Under the pieces are notes generated by a model. The model saw only the letters and a list, made by a program, of their open reading frames with translations. It had not been told where the DNA came from and ran no database searches. Position numbers and translations under genes: made by a program. From the sequence record NC_049383.1: 64,000 nt of DNA. The stretch is one strand, 5' to 3'. Shown here one piece after another: positions 1-10,092 of the stretch; position 1 is the first letter of the stretch, and each line of letters opens with the position of its first letter.

Positions 1-1617
1 CTAGACCCAATTACAAATAACGACATAACAAGTATTGAAATAGATACAGAAAAGGAAGGTTCTTTAATAGCATCTTATCTTTTTTCATACTCATTCGATA
101 ATGTTAATTGGTCTGATTATGCATCAAAAAGTGATACTTTATCATATCTAAATTCAGAAGAAACACAATCACTATCAACATATTTAAGAGTTCTTTTAAG
201 TGTTGATGTTGACCCAAATGTTACACAATCATCTTTAATTAGTAACTATATAGGTATTGAAAATATCATGGTTAATGGTTCATCAATAAATGTTTGTGGT
301 ATGGAATACTACCAAGATATAAATATTGTCGCATCAAACATAACAAATAATGCATTAAACCCATTTAGGAACTTAGATAATGCACACCATATGAGGGAAC
401 AGATTTCTAAGTCAATTGCTATGACTATTGGATATGACGGTGTTTACTTTAAACGTGTTCCGAATGAGGAAACAAAATCAATTATTTTCAAGTCATATAA
501 AATGTATCAAACTTTACCTGCACGAGCGATTAAAGTAGTTATTCCACCTGATGCAAACAATAATGAAAATATCAACTCATTCCAGTTCTTTATGAATAGA
601 GAAAATATCGAAGTTGAAATTTTATTATCTCAATGGCATGATATATACGGTGTTGATGTTTATCCGAATGCAAAAGACGCTATTTACATCAATGTTTTCG
701 ATAGAATGTACACTATATCATCGGCTAAAAAGAAAAGAGATTTTATGCATAGGGCTGTTGCTTATAAATTATATCTAGGAGTGTTTAAAGAAGGTGTTGA
801 GATTGATAATTCACAAGCAGAAGAGGAAATTACAGATTTTAGTGATTTCACAGCATATGATATAGAAAATTCAGACCAAGCATATGATGAGATAGAAAAT
901 GCAACTGGCAATGGTGATGATATTGAGTTTAGCTTATCAGAAGAAGAATCAGAATTTCAAAGCATTGATTCCAAATTATTAGATTTTCACAAAGGTATTA
1001 GAAATATTAAAACTGGTTTACTATTCAATGATGTTGAGTTCCAAAGATATATGTATAAAAGCGATACAGATGTTGACTTCTTAACAAGATATGATTTATC
1101 AAAAATGGATGATAACGAATATAGTGTTTCGGCTTGGTTTAAAATTTCGGAAGTTGGTAAAAGTGTAATGTTATTTAGTCTTGGTGATGGTATAAATTAT
1201 GCAGAATTGATTTATGTAAATTCAAACGGATTCATAACCTTGCACACAAAAGCCTCAGAAATAAACAAATATGTAACAGCTACAGGTGAAGCTATTAAAG
1301 AAAATGGTTATTATTCTGTTGTTTTGTCTAGAAGAGGTAAAAATATTTCAATTTCATTGTTATATTATAATGATGGTTCAATTGATTTTGTACAAAACAT
1401 ATTAGCAAGTGTTGAAATACCAGTTAATAAAAAAGTATTGGAAATTAAAGGAAATCATAAAACATCAATAGGAAATATTAGAGTAAATAAAAAATCAGTA
1501 CCTAAACAACAAATTATACCAATGATAACAAACTGGTCATTGGATGCAAACGATTATTTAGTAATTGATAATTGTCAAACTGGTATTGATTCAATAAAAG
1601 TTCAATCAAACGCGTAA
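1..1617 (+). CDS. Neck/head-closure protein (T4 gp14-like) with C-terminal LamG/ConA-like domain; 5'-truncated
   Basis: Frame 1 is open from nt 1 to the ATG at 268, so the gene starts upstream of the window. GYDGVYFKR ... PNAKDAIYINVFDRMYTI resembles gp14. C-terminal YSVSAWFKI...LFSLG...YYSVVLSR is LamG-like. Confidence 0.5.
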   Translation, partial: LDPITNNDITSIEIDTEKEGSLIASYLFSYSFDNVNWSDYASKSDTLSYLNSEETQSLSTYLRVLLSVDVDPNVTQSSLISNYIGIENIMVNGSSINVCGMEYYQDINIVASNITNNALNPFRNLDNAHHMREQISKSIAMTIGYDGVYFKRVPNEETKSIIFKSYKMYQTLPARAIKVVIPPDANNNENINSFQFFMNRENIEVEILLSQWHDIYGVDVYPNAKDAIYINVFDRMYTISSAKKKRDFMHRAVAYKLYLGVFKEGVEIDNSQAEEEITDFSDFTAYDIENSDQAYDEIENATGNGDDIEFSLSEEESEFQSIDSKLLDFHKGIRNIKTGLLFNDVEFQRYMYKSDTDVDFLTRYDLSKMDDNEYSVSAWFKISEVGKSVMLFSLGDGINYAELIYVNSNGFITLHTKASEINKYVTATGEAIKENGYYSVVLSRRGKNISISLLYYNDGSIDFVQNILASVEIPVNKKVLEIKGNHKTSIGNIRVNKKSVPKQQIIPMITNWSLDANDYLVIDNCQTGIDSIKVQSNA

Positions 1618-1621
1618 TAAA

Positions 1622-2395
1622 ATGAATAAAGATTTTGAATTTAATGAAAATAACGCAAATTTCGATTCACTAATTCCAAAAGATATAACAGGGCATTCAA
1701 TTTATGAAGGTGGTAGCCTACAAGGTCTTAGTGAGTATAAAGAATTTGGCGTTGAGGAACAAAAGACGAAAATAGAAAAAGAAGCTAAAGACCTAGTTAA
1801 ATCATTACTAGGCGTTTACTTCGATGTTGACCTAATCAATAATGACGACCATTTAAAAGCAATTCAAGCTGTTGAAACATCAAACCTTTTAGGTTTATTG
1901 GAGTCAGCACGATATGCACAACACGCTGTATCAACATTGATGTTGAAAATAGATGCAGGTATGCACGCTGATATACAGATATATAGTATATTAATAGAGC
2001 TTCAAAAGAGTGCTTTGGATATCCAAATGAAAGTTGCTCAGTATTCTAGAACACTTTCACCTTATTTAAGGTCACTAAAAGAAGATATCGAAGAAGCAGG
2101 AAATACGACTATAAATGTTTTGAGTCGTGTTGAAACTGATGATGTTAGTAAAAAGTTGGATGGTGGTATTGAAGGTGATTCAAAACAAATAGGTGAAAAA
2201 GCATTTAGAGGTGCTTTAGCAATGAATCAGTACTTCAAAGATATGATGGAAGATATTGAGGAATCAAAGAAGGAAAGGAAAGAAACAAATCAAGCAGAAA
2301 TGAAACAATCAGAAGAAAAGAACACAGAATATATAGATTTCGAAGAGATTTCAGATGAAGATGAACCTGATGGATATTTAGATGAAGAAGAATAA
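1622..2395 (+). CDS. Hypothetical protein, possibly terminase small subunit (gp16-like)
   Basis: Helical core and acidic tail loosely match the gp16 layout; follows a neck gene as in T4 order. Weak. Confidence 0.35.
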   Translation: MNKDFEFNENNANFDSLIPKDITGHSIYEGGSLQGLSEYKEFGVEEQKTKIEKEAKDLVKSLLGVYFDVDLINNDDHLKAIQAVETSNLLGLLESARYAQHAVSTLMLKIDAGMHADIQIYSILIELQKSALDIQMKVAQYSRTLSPYLRSLKEDIEEAGNTTINVLSRVETDDVSKKLDGGIEGDSKQIGEKAFRGALAMNQYFKDMMEDIEESKKERKETNQAEMKQSEEKNTEYIDFEEISDEDEPDGYLDEEE

Positions 2396-2404
2396 AAAGA
2401 ACCA

Positions 2405-2671
2405 CTAAAATAGTGGTTCTTTTTCTTTTTTATGTGTTTCGACCTCAACAGTCATTCCTTTTTGTTTATAATCAAGATTGAAAAACTCTTTTACTTCATC
2501 CAATCTAAAATCTACTGAAACATCATCTATACCATTTACAACCATAGATACTGTGACTCTATTTAGGTGTATTTCTTTTACATTCACATACTTATCGACA
2601 TATCTAGGATATAATCTTTTTAAAACTTCATCTTTTAATTTTACTGCTAGGTTTAATTTTGTTCTTTTCAT
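2405..2671 (-). CDS. Hypothetical protein
   Basis: 88-aa ORF, last gene of a minus-strand block (4297 to 2405). Confidence 0.6.
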   Translation of the reverse strand: MKRTKLNLAVKLKDEVLKRLYPRYVDKYVNVKEIHLNRVTVSMVVNGIDDVSVDFRLDEVKEFFNLDYKQKGMTVEVETHKKEKEPLF

Positions 2672-2727
2672 TTTATTAAATTTGATATTTCAAATCTATT
2701 AAATAAAAACGAAACCACCAAAACATT

Positions 2728-3420
2728 TTATGAAATTTTTCCAACACCTAAAGATGTTGCAACACTACTACTTTTTAAAATGGTTTCAAAAGCGGGTGCA
2801 AGTCTATCACCAATCAATGAAAATGGTGTAACAAATCGATTTATTGATATTTCATAAGTTTGTTCTAAACTCATATTTTTAGCACTTGGTTCAGGTCTTA
2901 CTAACTCTGAAAATGCCTCATAAAAAGTCTCCCTAAATATATTCTCAACATTCACATAAACATTAGTGGATGAAACTGATATAAAACCACCATTTATCAA
3001 CGATGCTGAAACAAATTTTGAAAATGTTTCTATAAAATTACTCATTAACGTATAATTCCCTTTTTCAAATGTATTAGGAACACCCAATAATCTATTATTC
3101 ATTATATAAATTAAATCAATAGTTAATCCACCTATTAATTGATTTGCTAAACCTTGCGCATTAAATGGTAATGATTTTGTAGCACCATTAGATGTTGTGA
3201 CCACACCTGTTTGTGTATATGATAATAGCTCATTAGAAAAATCATTCGAAAATTTAACAAATTCGTTAGCAAACCCATTTGATGAAGCATTAGAAATATC
3301 ACTAACTGATGAATTTTTAAGAGAAACTTTAGGTGAGAAGTATGAACTAATCGCATTTTTAGATGCTGTTTCAAAAATGCTATTCAACGAAGCTCTAAAA
3401 CCTTGTGTGTTTAATGCCAT
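2728..3420 (-). CDS. Hypothetical protein (Ser/Asn-rich, possibly virion)
   Basis: 230-aa ORF tightly packed in the minus-strand block. Confidence 0.7.
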   Translation of the reverse strand: MALNTQGFRASLNSIFETASKNAISSYFSPKVSLKNSSVSDISNASSNGFANEFVKFSNDFSNELLSYTQTGVVTTSNGATKSLPFNAQGLANQLIGGLTIDLIYIMNNRLLGVPNTFEKGNYTLMSNFIETFSKFVSASLINGGFISVSSTNVYVNVENIFRETFYEAFSELVRPEPSAKNMSLEQTYEISINRFVTPFSLIGDRLAPAFETILKSSSVATSLGVGKIS

Positions 3421-3423
3421 ACC

Positions 3424-4020
3424 TTAAAATTTTAAAAATGAAGGAAATAACTCATTACCAATAACTCGTATTCCACTATTCTCTAAATGTTTCATATAAT
3501 CTTTCTCAGTCCTTCCAAACATATTATTGAACCTACTTTCAACAACTTCGGGCATTAAGAAATAATACACTAAATCAGTTTTCGTATATCCTGATTTAAT
3601 ATAGTCCGCATATTCCTGAATATGGAAATTAAATGTTGGTGTTGAGTATATAATTAAATTACTCTGTTCAAGCACACTATTTGAAAGATTTTGTAAATAT
3701 TCGTGGAAGTAAATTTTTCTATTACTCAATAACTGATTAATGATGAAAAGTTCATCGATAAAAATATCAACCTTTTTATACTTATTATCTATCATAAATT
3801 TTTCACCACCTCTTGCGAAATTATGGTCAGCTAATTGTTCAGCACCTTTAATAATACATTTTCTCATACCACCTCTTCGAATAACATCTTCGAATTTTTT
3901 AACAGAAGCTCTATTATAAGTGATAATTAGACAAGCATCAGCAGTACTATTATTAACACCTTCAATAATAGATGTTGTTTTACCCACTTGTCTTTCGACA
4001 ATATAATGTTTAATATTCAT
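3424..4020 (-). CDS. Small P-loop NTPase-like protein
   Basis: ERQVGKTT (Walker A-like, terminase style) and IFIDE (Walker B-like). Confidence 0.45.
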   Translation of the reverse strand: MNIKHYIVERQVGKTTSIIEGVNNSTADACLIITYNRASVKKFEDVIRRGGMRKCIIKGAEQLADHNFARGGEKFMIDNKYKKVDIFIDELFIINQLLSNRKIYFHEYLQNLSNSVLEQSNLIIYSTPTFNFHIQEYADYIKSGYTKTDLVYYFLMPEVVESRFNNMFGRTEKDYMKHLENSGIRVIGNELFPSFLKF

Positions 4021-4024
4021 ATAT

Positions 4025-4297
4025 TTAAGTTTTTACGTTTACGTTTTTGATATTCATTCCTGTTTTGAATGAATCTTCATATTGTAGATTATTAATTACT
4101 CTAGTGAAATTTTCACCAACTATTTCGCCATTTTTATTTTCACAAAATGATGCACCCATACAGCAATAAAATTTATGGTCTTTCGGTATTTGCTTTTTAA
4201 TAGCGTCATTTATAAGTGGTTCATATTTATCAATTATAGCATCTATTTCTGATTGTGCCTCATTGATTAACCTTTTTACTTTACTAGAATTATACAT
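4025..4297 (-). CDS. Hypothetical protein
   Basis: 90-aa ORF, first gene of the minus-strand block. Confidence 0.65.
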   Translation of the reverse strand: MYNSSKVKRLINEAQSEIDAIIDKYEPLINDAIKKQIPKDHKFYCCMGASFCENKNGEIVGENFTRVINNLQYEDSFKTGMNIKNVNVKT

Positions 4298-4400
4298 TAT
4301 AATTATTTTTTCGCAAATATAATAAAAAATTTTTTAATAAAAAGTTTGTTTTGTAATATTTTAAGTATTAAGTTTGTATCGAATTAAAAAACATTTAAAA

Positions 4401-5009
4401 ATGGAAACAATATTTGAAAAAATTGAAGATTTAAAAAGACAAATTTCTGATAAAGAGGATTTATTGGAGACTTTAAAGAAATTATTCAAGGAAGAAAACC
4501 CATTCTTTCAAGATAATTATGATTTAAGAGAATTATATAATAGTGATACAATTATTTTCGAATCATATCTAAAAACATTTGTTGATTTAGTTAGTAAAGA
4601 TTACACACCTAGTCGAGATTCATTCTATGTACAAACATTCGGGAGTTGCTTTCCGAGACACGAACCTAGAAATAGAACAAGTGATATCAGTAAGAATTAT
4701 ATAACTTTTGAGATAGGTCAAAGCACAATGTATGAAAGGGTTGCATATGGTAGAACTTACGAAGAAATTGTTAAATTTATAACTTTACAAACAAGACCGA
4801 TTCGTGAAATTTGGGTTAAGTGTTTAAATAGGAAAAGTGATTTCAATTTTTCTTTGGAAGAGTTCAAAAAGTTATTAATTGATGGTGATTCAAAAACTTT
4901 AGAATATTTTAATGAGTTCATTGAATATAAATCGCTACCTTTGCATTCAATATTAGACGTAGATTATGAATTTAACATTTTTATAGCATATTATGAGCAA
5001 CGAAATTAA
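4401..5009 (+). CDS. Hypothetical protein
   Basis: Start moved to ATG 4401, downstream of the TAAGTTTG promoter element at 4369-4376. Confidence 0.7.
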   Translation: METIFEKIEDLKRQISDKEDLLETLKKLFKEENPFFQDNYDLRELYNSDTIIFESYLKTFVDLVSKDYTPSRDSFYVQTFGSCFPRHEPRNRTSDISKNYITFEIGQSTMYERVAYGRTYEEIVKFITLQTRPIREIWVKCLNRKSDFNFSLEEFKKLLIDGDSKTLEYFNEFIEYKSLPLHSILDVDYEFNIFIAYYEQRN

Positions 5010-7203
5010 GACAAGCATTAATCAAGGAACAGACTATAATGGCAACCCTACTTGGTTGGAACGTCAACAGGAAATGTTGGAAGATGAAGAAAATAAACTA
5101 AAATCTTCTGATGTTGATTTCTCACAACTTTCCGAAGCAGAACTAAATGAATGTTTGGTTAAGGCTGTTAGAAACATTATGAGTTGGCAAAACATCAAAA
5201 AAGACCGTTTAAAGCGACAAATTAAAGTTTGTATGCATATCATTAAGGCAATAGTTAAAGGTAAGAAAACATTTGTTGTTTCAGCACCAACAGGATTCGG
5301 TAAAACAATACTTGGATTAATGATTGATGAGTTTCTAAGGAATGCAGAAGATAAATTAAATGGTGAGGTTTTCGGGTCTTATATTTTAACACCTAACAAA
5401 TTCTTACAAGACCAATACAATGATGATTTGATTAGGTTTAATTTATCAAAAACTCATGCACAAGTAAAAGGACAATCAAACTATCCATGCTTAGAAAATA
5501 GAGAATTAACATTTGCAACAAGACCTTGTTCAAAGATTTCAATTTCGAAACTACCTAAGAAAATGTCTTGTGGTGAAATATGCCCATATGTTGTTGCTAG
5601 GAATAAAGCAATTTTAACTAAGACAACAATTTTCAATTATAACTACTATCTATCACAAATGAATAGTGTATTCCCAAAGTTACAAGGTGGTGCGCCTTTC
5701 AAACCTAGAACTGTTAGTATTTTTGATGAGTGTCATACAATGCCAAGCATTTTACAAGAAACATTCCAAAAGGAATATGAATTTTCTAAAATGGCTTATG
5801 AAATCCAAAGTAAGCTAAACCTTATAGAAAGTATGTATGGTGGTATTGTTTCAGACTATAGTAATGAACCAAAGTATAAAGAAATGATATCAAAGGTTCA
5901 GCAATTTATTGGATGGTTGGAAAAATCGGAAGTATTATTTTTAGAATTATGTGATAAGTCTTCTAGAGAAGATAATCCTTCAATGATGAATGAGAGACTT
6001 ATGAAAGTTATTTCAGTTGCAACAACTGGTTTAAACCATGTTCTTAAACTTTATACAGAAATTGTACAAGATAATTTTCCCGAAGAACAAATAGGAATTG
6101 AAATTGAATATACTGACGAGCAACAAAGTATTTTAGACCATATCGAATACTTATCAGAAATTATTGAAAGTAATGAATATCTAGAATTTCAAAATAAAAA
6201 GATTGGTTTACAGTATATGGTAGTTGATACTAAAGTTATTCAACAAAAAGAAGGTAAGTCTAAAAAGGTTGCTGTTTTCAGATGTGAAAAGACAGACGAT
6301 TTAAGTAAATTTCATGTTAATAGATTTTTAAATTATTCTGTTTTCATGTCCGCAACAATCGGTGACTCTCATAAAGAACTAATGCAATTTGCTGACGATT
6401 TAGGATTAGAAGATGTTCAAACTATTATCAATCAGTCTGATTTTGATTTCACAAAATCTCCAATTGTTCAGTTCGACCCACCTTTGAAACTAAATTTCAA
6501 AGAAAAAGAAACCAACCTTCCTAAAGTAATTAAAAGAATTGTTGATATTTCTCAATATCACCCTAAAGTTACTGGTTTGATTCATACAGGTAATTATGAG
6601 TTTCAAGATGCTTTAAAGGAATATTTAGAAAATAATGGTTTGGATGATAGATTTATTTTCTGTACAAACAATAAAGATAAGATGGAAGGTATAAGACAAA
6701 TAAACTGGGATTTGGAACACGCAGGATGGTCAAACAGAATCCTTGTTGGTGCTTCACTTTTAGAGGGTGTTGATTTAAAGGGTGATTTATGTAGATTTAA
6801 TATCTTTATGAAAGTTCCATACTTATCACTAGGTGATACACTTGTTAGACGTAAAATGAACAGGATTAAAACATGGTATGGATGGCAAACAATGATTTCA
6901 TTTTTACAGGGTATCGGTAGAGGTGTTAGAGCAAAAGATGATTGGTGTGTAACATATTTATTAGATGGTTCGTTTAAAGGATTCTTTTATAACTATGGTA
7001 TTTTACCAAGTATAATTAGAACAAGGTTGAGAAACACAACAATTTTTCAATATTTTCATGGAATGAATAAGGAAATAGTTTCACCACCACCAACACCACC
7101 ATTACCACCATTAGATGATACAGCCGAAAAAATACTTGACGAAGAGTATAAAGAGCTTAAACCGTTAGATATGTTTAGTGGTCTTTCAGGCGATTATGAA
7201 TAA
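4993..7203 (+). CDS. DinG/Rad3-like SF2 helicase with probable Fe-S cluster
   Basis: APTGFGKT, DECH, MSAT, EGVDLKGD and QGIGRGVRAKDD motifs; four Cys (C..C..C..C) between motifs I and II. Confidence 0.85.
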   Translation: MSNEIKTSINQGTDYNGNPTWLERQQEMLEDEENKLKSSDVDFSQLSEAELNECLVKAVRNIMSWQNIKKDRLKRQIKVCMHIIKAIVKGKKTFVVSAPTGFGKTILGLMIDEFLRNAEDKLNGEVFGSYILTPNKFLQDQYNDDLIRFNLSKTHAQVKGQSNYPCLENRELTFATRPCSKISISKLPKKMSCGEICPYVVARNKAILTKTTIFNYNYYLSQMNSVFPKLQGGAPFKPRTVSIFDECHTMPSILQETFQKEYEFSKMAYEIQSKLNLIESMYGGIVSDYSNEPKYKEMISKVQQFIGWLEKSEVLFLELCDKSSREDNPSMMNERLMKVISVATTGLNHVLKLYTEIVQDNFPEEQIGIEIEYTDEQQSILDHIEYLSEIIESNEYLEFQNKKIGLQYMVVDTKVIQQKEGKSKKVAVFRCEKTDDLSKFHVNRFLNYSVFMSATIGDSHKELMQFADDLGLEDVQTIINQSDFDFTKSPIVQFDPPLKLNFKEKETNLPKVIKRIVDISQYHPKVTGLIHTGNYEFQDALKEYLENNGLDDRFIFCTNNKDKMEGIRQINWDLEHAGWSNRILVGASLLEGVDLKGDLCRFNIFMKVPYLSLGDTLVRRKMNRIKTWYGWQTMISFLQGIGRGVRAKDDWCVTYLLDGSFKGFFYNYGILPSIIRTRLRNTTIFQYFHGMNKEIVSPPPTPPLPPLDDTAEKILDEEYKELKPLDMFSGLSGDYE

Positions 7204-7207
7204 AAAT

Positions 7208-7239
7208 AAAATCCGTTTCAGTTTGTTGAAACGGATTTT
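7208..7239 (+). terminator. Intrinsic terminator hairpin (AAAATCCG family)
   Basis: Perfect 13-bp stem aaaatccgtttca/tgaaacggatttt; loop gtttgt. Confidence 0.8.
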
Positions 7240-7244
7240 TTGTA

Positions 7245-7252
7245 TATATTTG
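7245..7252 (+). promoter_or_regulatory. Bacteroidota-type -7 promoter element (TATATTTG)
   Basis: Matches TAnnTTTG; TTTG upstream in the hairpin loop; ATG at 7274. Confidence 0.7.
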
Positions 7253-7273
7253 TCAAAAATAAATTTAATAAAA

Positions 7274-8089
7274 ATGAATCTATTAGATAAATTTAATAAT
7301 GTTACTGTAAATAATAGTACTCGAATAAAATCAGATGTTTTAGCCAAGCTTAAAGAATATGAGTCTTTCATGAACATAAAAATAAATGAACTGGAAGACC
7401 AAATAAAGTACCTAAAATCGTATAATGGTTATGATGGTACTTATTTTAAAAATGTTATTGATGAATTGGAGTTTAGAATTTTGACTAGAAAAAGAGATTT
7501 TTTATCTAAATCTGTTGATTGTATTGAGGAAAATTACTTTTTTAAGTTTGATTACTATAAAAGGTTTCAATATAATAGGAATTTAGATAGTTTAGAAACT
7601 CTTAATAAAATGTATATAACGGTTGAATCTGTTTTAGATAATCTTTTCAAAATGACAGAAAATAAATCATTAGAAGTCTATGAAAAGGAATATCTTAAAA
7701 AAGATTTCAAAGAAACATTTAAAAGTGGTAGAAGTTGGGATGAAACAGAATTTTCATTTGCTAAAAATGGTACAGTATCATTAACAAATTCATGTTATTT
7801 ACATACTCATTATGGTGGTGATACAGTAATAACATCAAGTAACTTGAAAATAGAATGTTTATTTAGAGCAATCAATTTATTCATTAATGATAGTGTTGAT
7901 TTACCAAAGGTTTTTGCAGAATATGCTATAGAAACTAGTAATGGTAATTTAGAATTAGAAAGAAAGTATAAACCTGATGATGATTCAATTCTTTGTAAAA
8001 TTGATATGAACCTAAATTCTACAATTAAATTTAGATTTACTGACGCTCAAAATGCTAAAAAATTTCTAGAATTTTATGATTTTGCTTAA
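7274..8089 (+). CDS. Hypothetical protein
   Basis: Start moved to 7274 because the longer ORF runs through a terminator and promoter. Confidence 0.7.
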   Translation: MNLLDKFNNVTVNNSTRIKSDVLAKLKEYESFMNIKINELEDQIKYLKSYNGYDGTYFKNVIDELEFRILTRKRDFLSKSVDCIEENYFFKFDYYKRFQYNRNLDSLETLNKMYITVESVLDNLFKMTENKSLEVYEKEYLKKDFKETFKSGRSWDETEFSFAKNGTVSLTNSCYLHTHYGGDTVITSSNLKIECLFRAINLFINDSVDLPKVFAEYAIETSNGNLELERKYKPDDDSILCKIDMNLNSTIKFRFTDAQNAKKFLEFYDFA

Positions 8090-8094
8090 TAAAC

Positions 8095-8102
8095 TATAAA
8101 TA
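8095..8102 (+). promoter_or_regulatory. T4-type late promoter TATAAATA
   Basis: Exact T4 late consensus 19 nt before the ATG at 8122; a gp55-like gene is present in the window. Confidence 0.55.
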
Positions 8103-8121
8103 TTCTAAACATTTTTAGATA

Positions 8122-8904
8122 ATGAACATTACAGAATACTTAGAAAATATTACAGAAACAAAGACCTCATGTTCATGTGGTCTTGTTTTTCAAGTTGAAG
8201 AGGCTTTAGATGGTGATTTAATTGATAAGAAAGGATATGATTTAAACGGTCGTTTCAAGTACTGGAACACAAAACTTTTCAAATCAAAGTTAAAAATAGA
8301 AGGTGGTATTAAATTTGGTAGAACAACTAAAAATGCTACTGGAACAACAACATCTTTAGTTATTAGGGATAAGAGAAATAAGAAAGTTTTCACATCTGTT
8401 AGAGAAACAAAAGTTGTAATATCTAATAAGATGAATTATACACAAGAAACTTTGGATAAAGTTTTGATACATGAATTAATTCACGTATATTTTGACGAAG
8501 TTAAAATGTATGATGAAGGTCACGGTAATAACTTTAAGAAGTTAGCTAGTGAGATTTCTAAACACATTGGGTTCGAGATTCCGTTAAAAGATAATTTTTC
8601 AGAGATTGATACTGATGTTGTTAAACCAAAAGAAGTTGGTGTTATTGTTTATGAATTTCCGCATAAAACAAATGTTACATTCATGAGCGTAAATGCATAT
8701 GATAAACATATTGCTGAATGGGAATTGGCAACATTACCAAAATATAATCTTGGTGAAGTTAAAATAACTCACGGTATAGCAAAAACATTATTAGGAGATA
8801 AATACCCTAAAGTAAGAAACCTTAAAAAATTAGCTTTATATCCAATAAGCACAGATGATGCATTGAATATGCCTTGGGTTAAAGCAGAAGAATTATTTTT
8901 ATAA
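8122..8904 (+). CDS. SprT-like zinc metalloprotease with N-terminal capsid-targeting-like peptide
   Basis: VLIHELIH...GHGNNFK is the SprT signature; N-terminus MNITEYLENITE. Confidence 0.7.
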   Translation: MNITEYLENITETKTSCSCGLVFQVEEALDGDLIDKKGYDLNGRFKYWNTKLFKSKLKIEGGIKFGRTTKNATGTTTSLVIRDKRNKKVFTSVRETKVVISNKMNYTQETLDKVLIHELIHVYFDEVKMYDEGHGNNFKKLASEISKHIGFEIPLKDNFSEIDTDVVKPKEVGVIVYEFPHKTNVTFMSVNAYDKHIAEWELATLPKYNLGEVKITHGIAKTLLGDKYPKVRNLKKLALYPISTDDALNMPWVKAEELFL

Positions 8905-9521
8905 TGTTAGGTTTAGAAAGATATATCATAGAATCTTTACAAGATGTAAAAACTATGAAGACGTTTAAAAAATGGTTTGGTAAGTCAAAACTTAAAAACA
9001 AAGATGGTTCACCAAAGGTTATGTATCACGGAACAAGAGCTGAATTTAATGAATTTAGAGTTAATAATGAACTTGGCGCGCATTTTGGTGATGAGGAAGC
9101 CGCGAACGCAATACTATATGGTTCAAGTGGTAAGATAATGGAAGTTTACCTTAGATGCGAGAATCCAATTAGAGTTGATGATATGTTAGCTTTTGATTTC
9201 CCTACATTATGTGAATATTTTGAAGAAGATGAACCGAATAAATTACCAAAGGAAGAACTTGAAAAAATATTGGAGTTTAAAAAGGAATGGATAGCAATTG
9301 AGTTTAATTCACCACAAGAAATAAGAAAATCTGAAAGGATGGAAAAAGAGGGTGAAATGATGTTTGTTAATTTGTTTAAGAAAATGGGTCACGATTCTGT
9401 AGTTTACAGAAATCAAAGAGAAGGTAAAGCTGATTCATATATTATTTTTGACCCAAATCAAGTAAAATCAATTTATAATGAAGGAAAATTTAGTAGAAAA
9501 GATAACAACATCTATAAGTAA
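8904..9521 (+). CDS. ADP-ribosyltransferase-like protein (ART-PolyVal type)
   Basis: FKKWFGKSK..KDGSPKVMYHGT, GAHFG, VYLRCENP and YIIFDPNQVKS match the ART domain of polyvalent proteins. Confidence 0.65.
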   Translation: MLGLERYIIESLQDVKTMKTFKKWFGKSKLKNKDGSPKVMYHGTRAEFNEFRVNNELGAHFGDEEAANAILYGSSGKIMEVYLRCENPIRVDDMLAFDFPTLCEYFEEDEPNKLPKEELEKILEFKKEWIAIEFNSPQEIRKSERMEKEGEMMFVNLFKKMGHDSVVYRNQREGKADSYIIFDPNQVKSIYNEGKFSRKDNNIYK

Positions 9522-10008
9522 AAAAGAATGGTTAAAAAACTCAATGATTAAGAAACCAGTTTTTCACGGAACAGGTACTTACTTTGAGATTTTCAATACT
9601 GATACTAAAACTGAATTTGGTTCACATTTCGGAACATTGGAGTGTGCAAAGTATGTAGCATATAGGAGAAGTAAAAGTCCTATAATATTGAATGTTTTTC
9701 TTAATTTAGAGAATGTTTATGAATTACCCGACTTAGGAAAGTTTACTATCGAAAGAGTTCTTAACCAATTACATAAAGATGGTATTTTCACTAAAGATGA
9801 AATTATTGAATACAATCAACTAAATGATGATGTTAAATTAGGTCTTATTAAAAAAGACTTGGTTAAAAATCATAATATTGATGGTTTCAAGTATATAAAT
9901 AATAGAGAAGATAATGGAAACTTCTCTTACATAGCATTTTACCCAAATCAGATAAAATCTATTTTCGGTGAAATGACAAACCCAGTATTAACAAATTTTT
10001 ATAAGTAA
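9478..10008 (+). CDS. Second ADP-ribosyltransferase-like paralog
   Basis: PVFHGT, GSHFG, VFLNLEN and YIAFYPNQIKS are colinear with the upstream paralog. Confidence 0.65.
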   Translation: MKENLVEKITTSISKKEWLKNSMIKKPVFHGTGTYFEIFNTDTKTEFGSHFGTLECAKYVAYRRSKSPIILNVFLNLENVYELPDLGKFTIERVLNQLHKDGIFTKDEIIEYNQLNDDVKLGLIKKDLVKNHNIDGFKYINNREDNGNFSYIAFYPNQIKSIFGEMTNPVLTNFYK

Positions 10009-10011
10009 AGT

Positions 10012-10092
10012 ATGAAAAAAGATTTAAGTTGGGATTTGAATTGGAATGTAATCGATTCAAATCAAATAAAAGGTATTGATGAATTAGTATAA
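10012..10092 (+). pseudogene. 26-aa micro-ORF resembling the ART C-terminal motif
   Basis: MKKDLSWDLNWNVIDSNQIKGIDELV, compared with IFDPNQVKSI and AFYPNQIKSI in the two ARTs. Confidence 0.3.
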
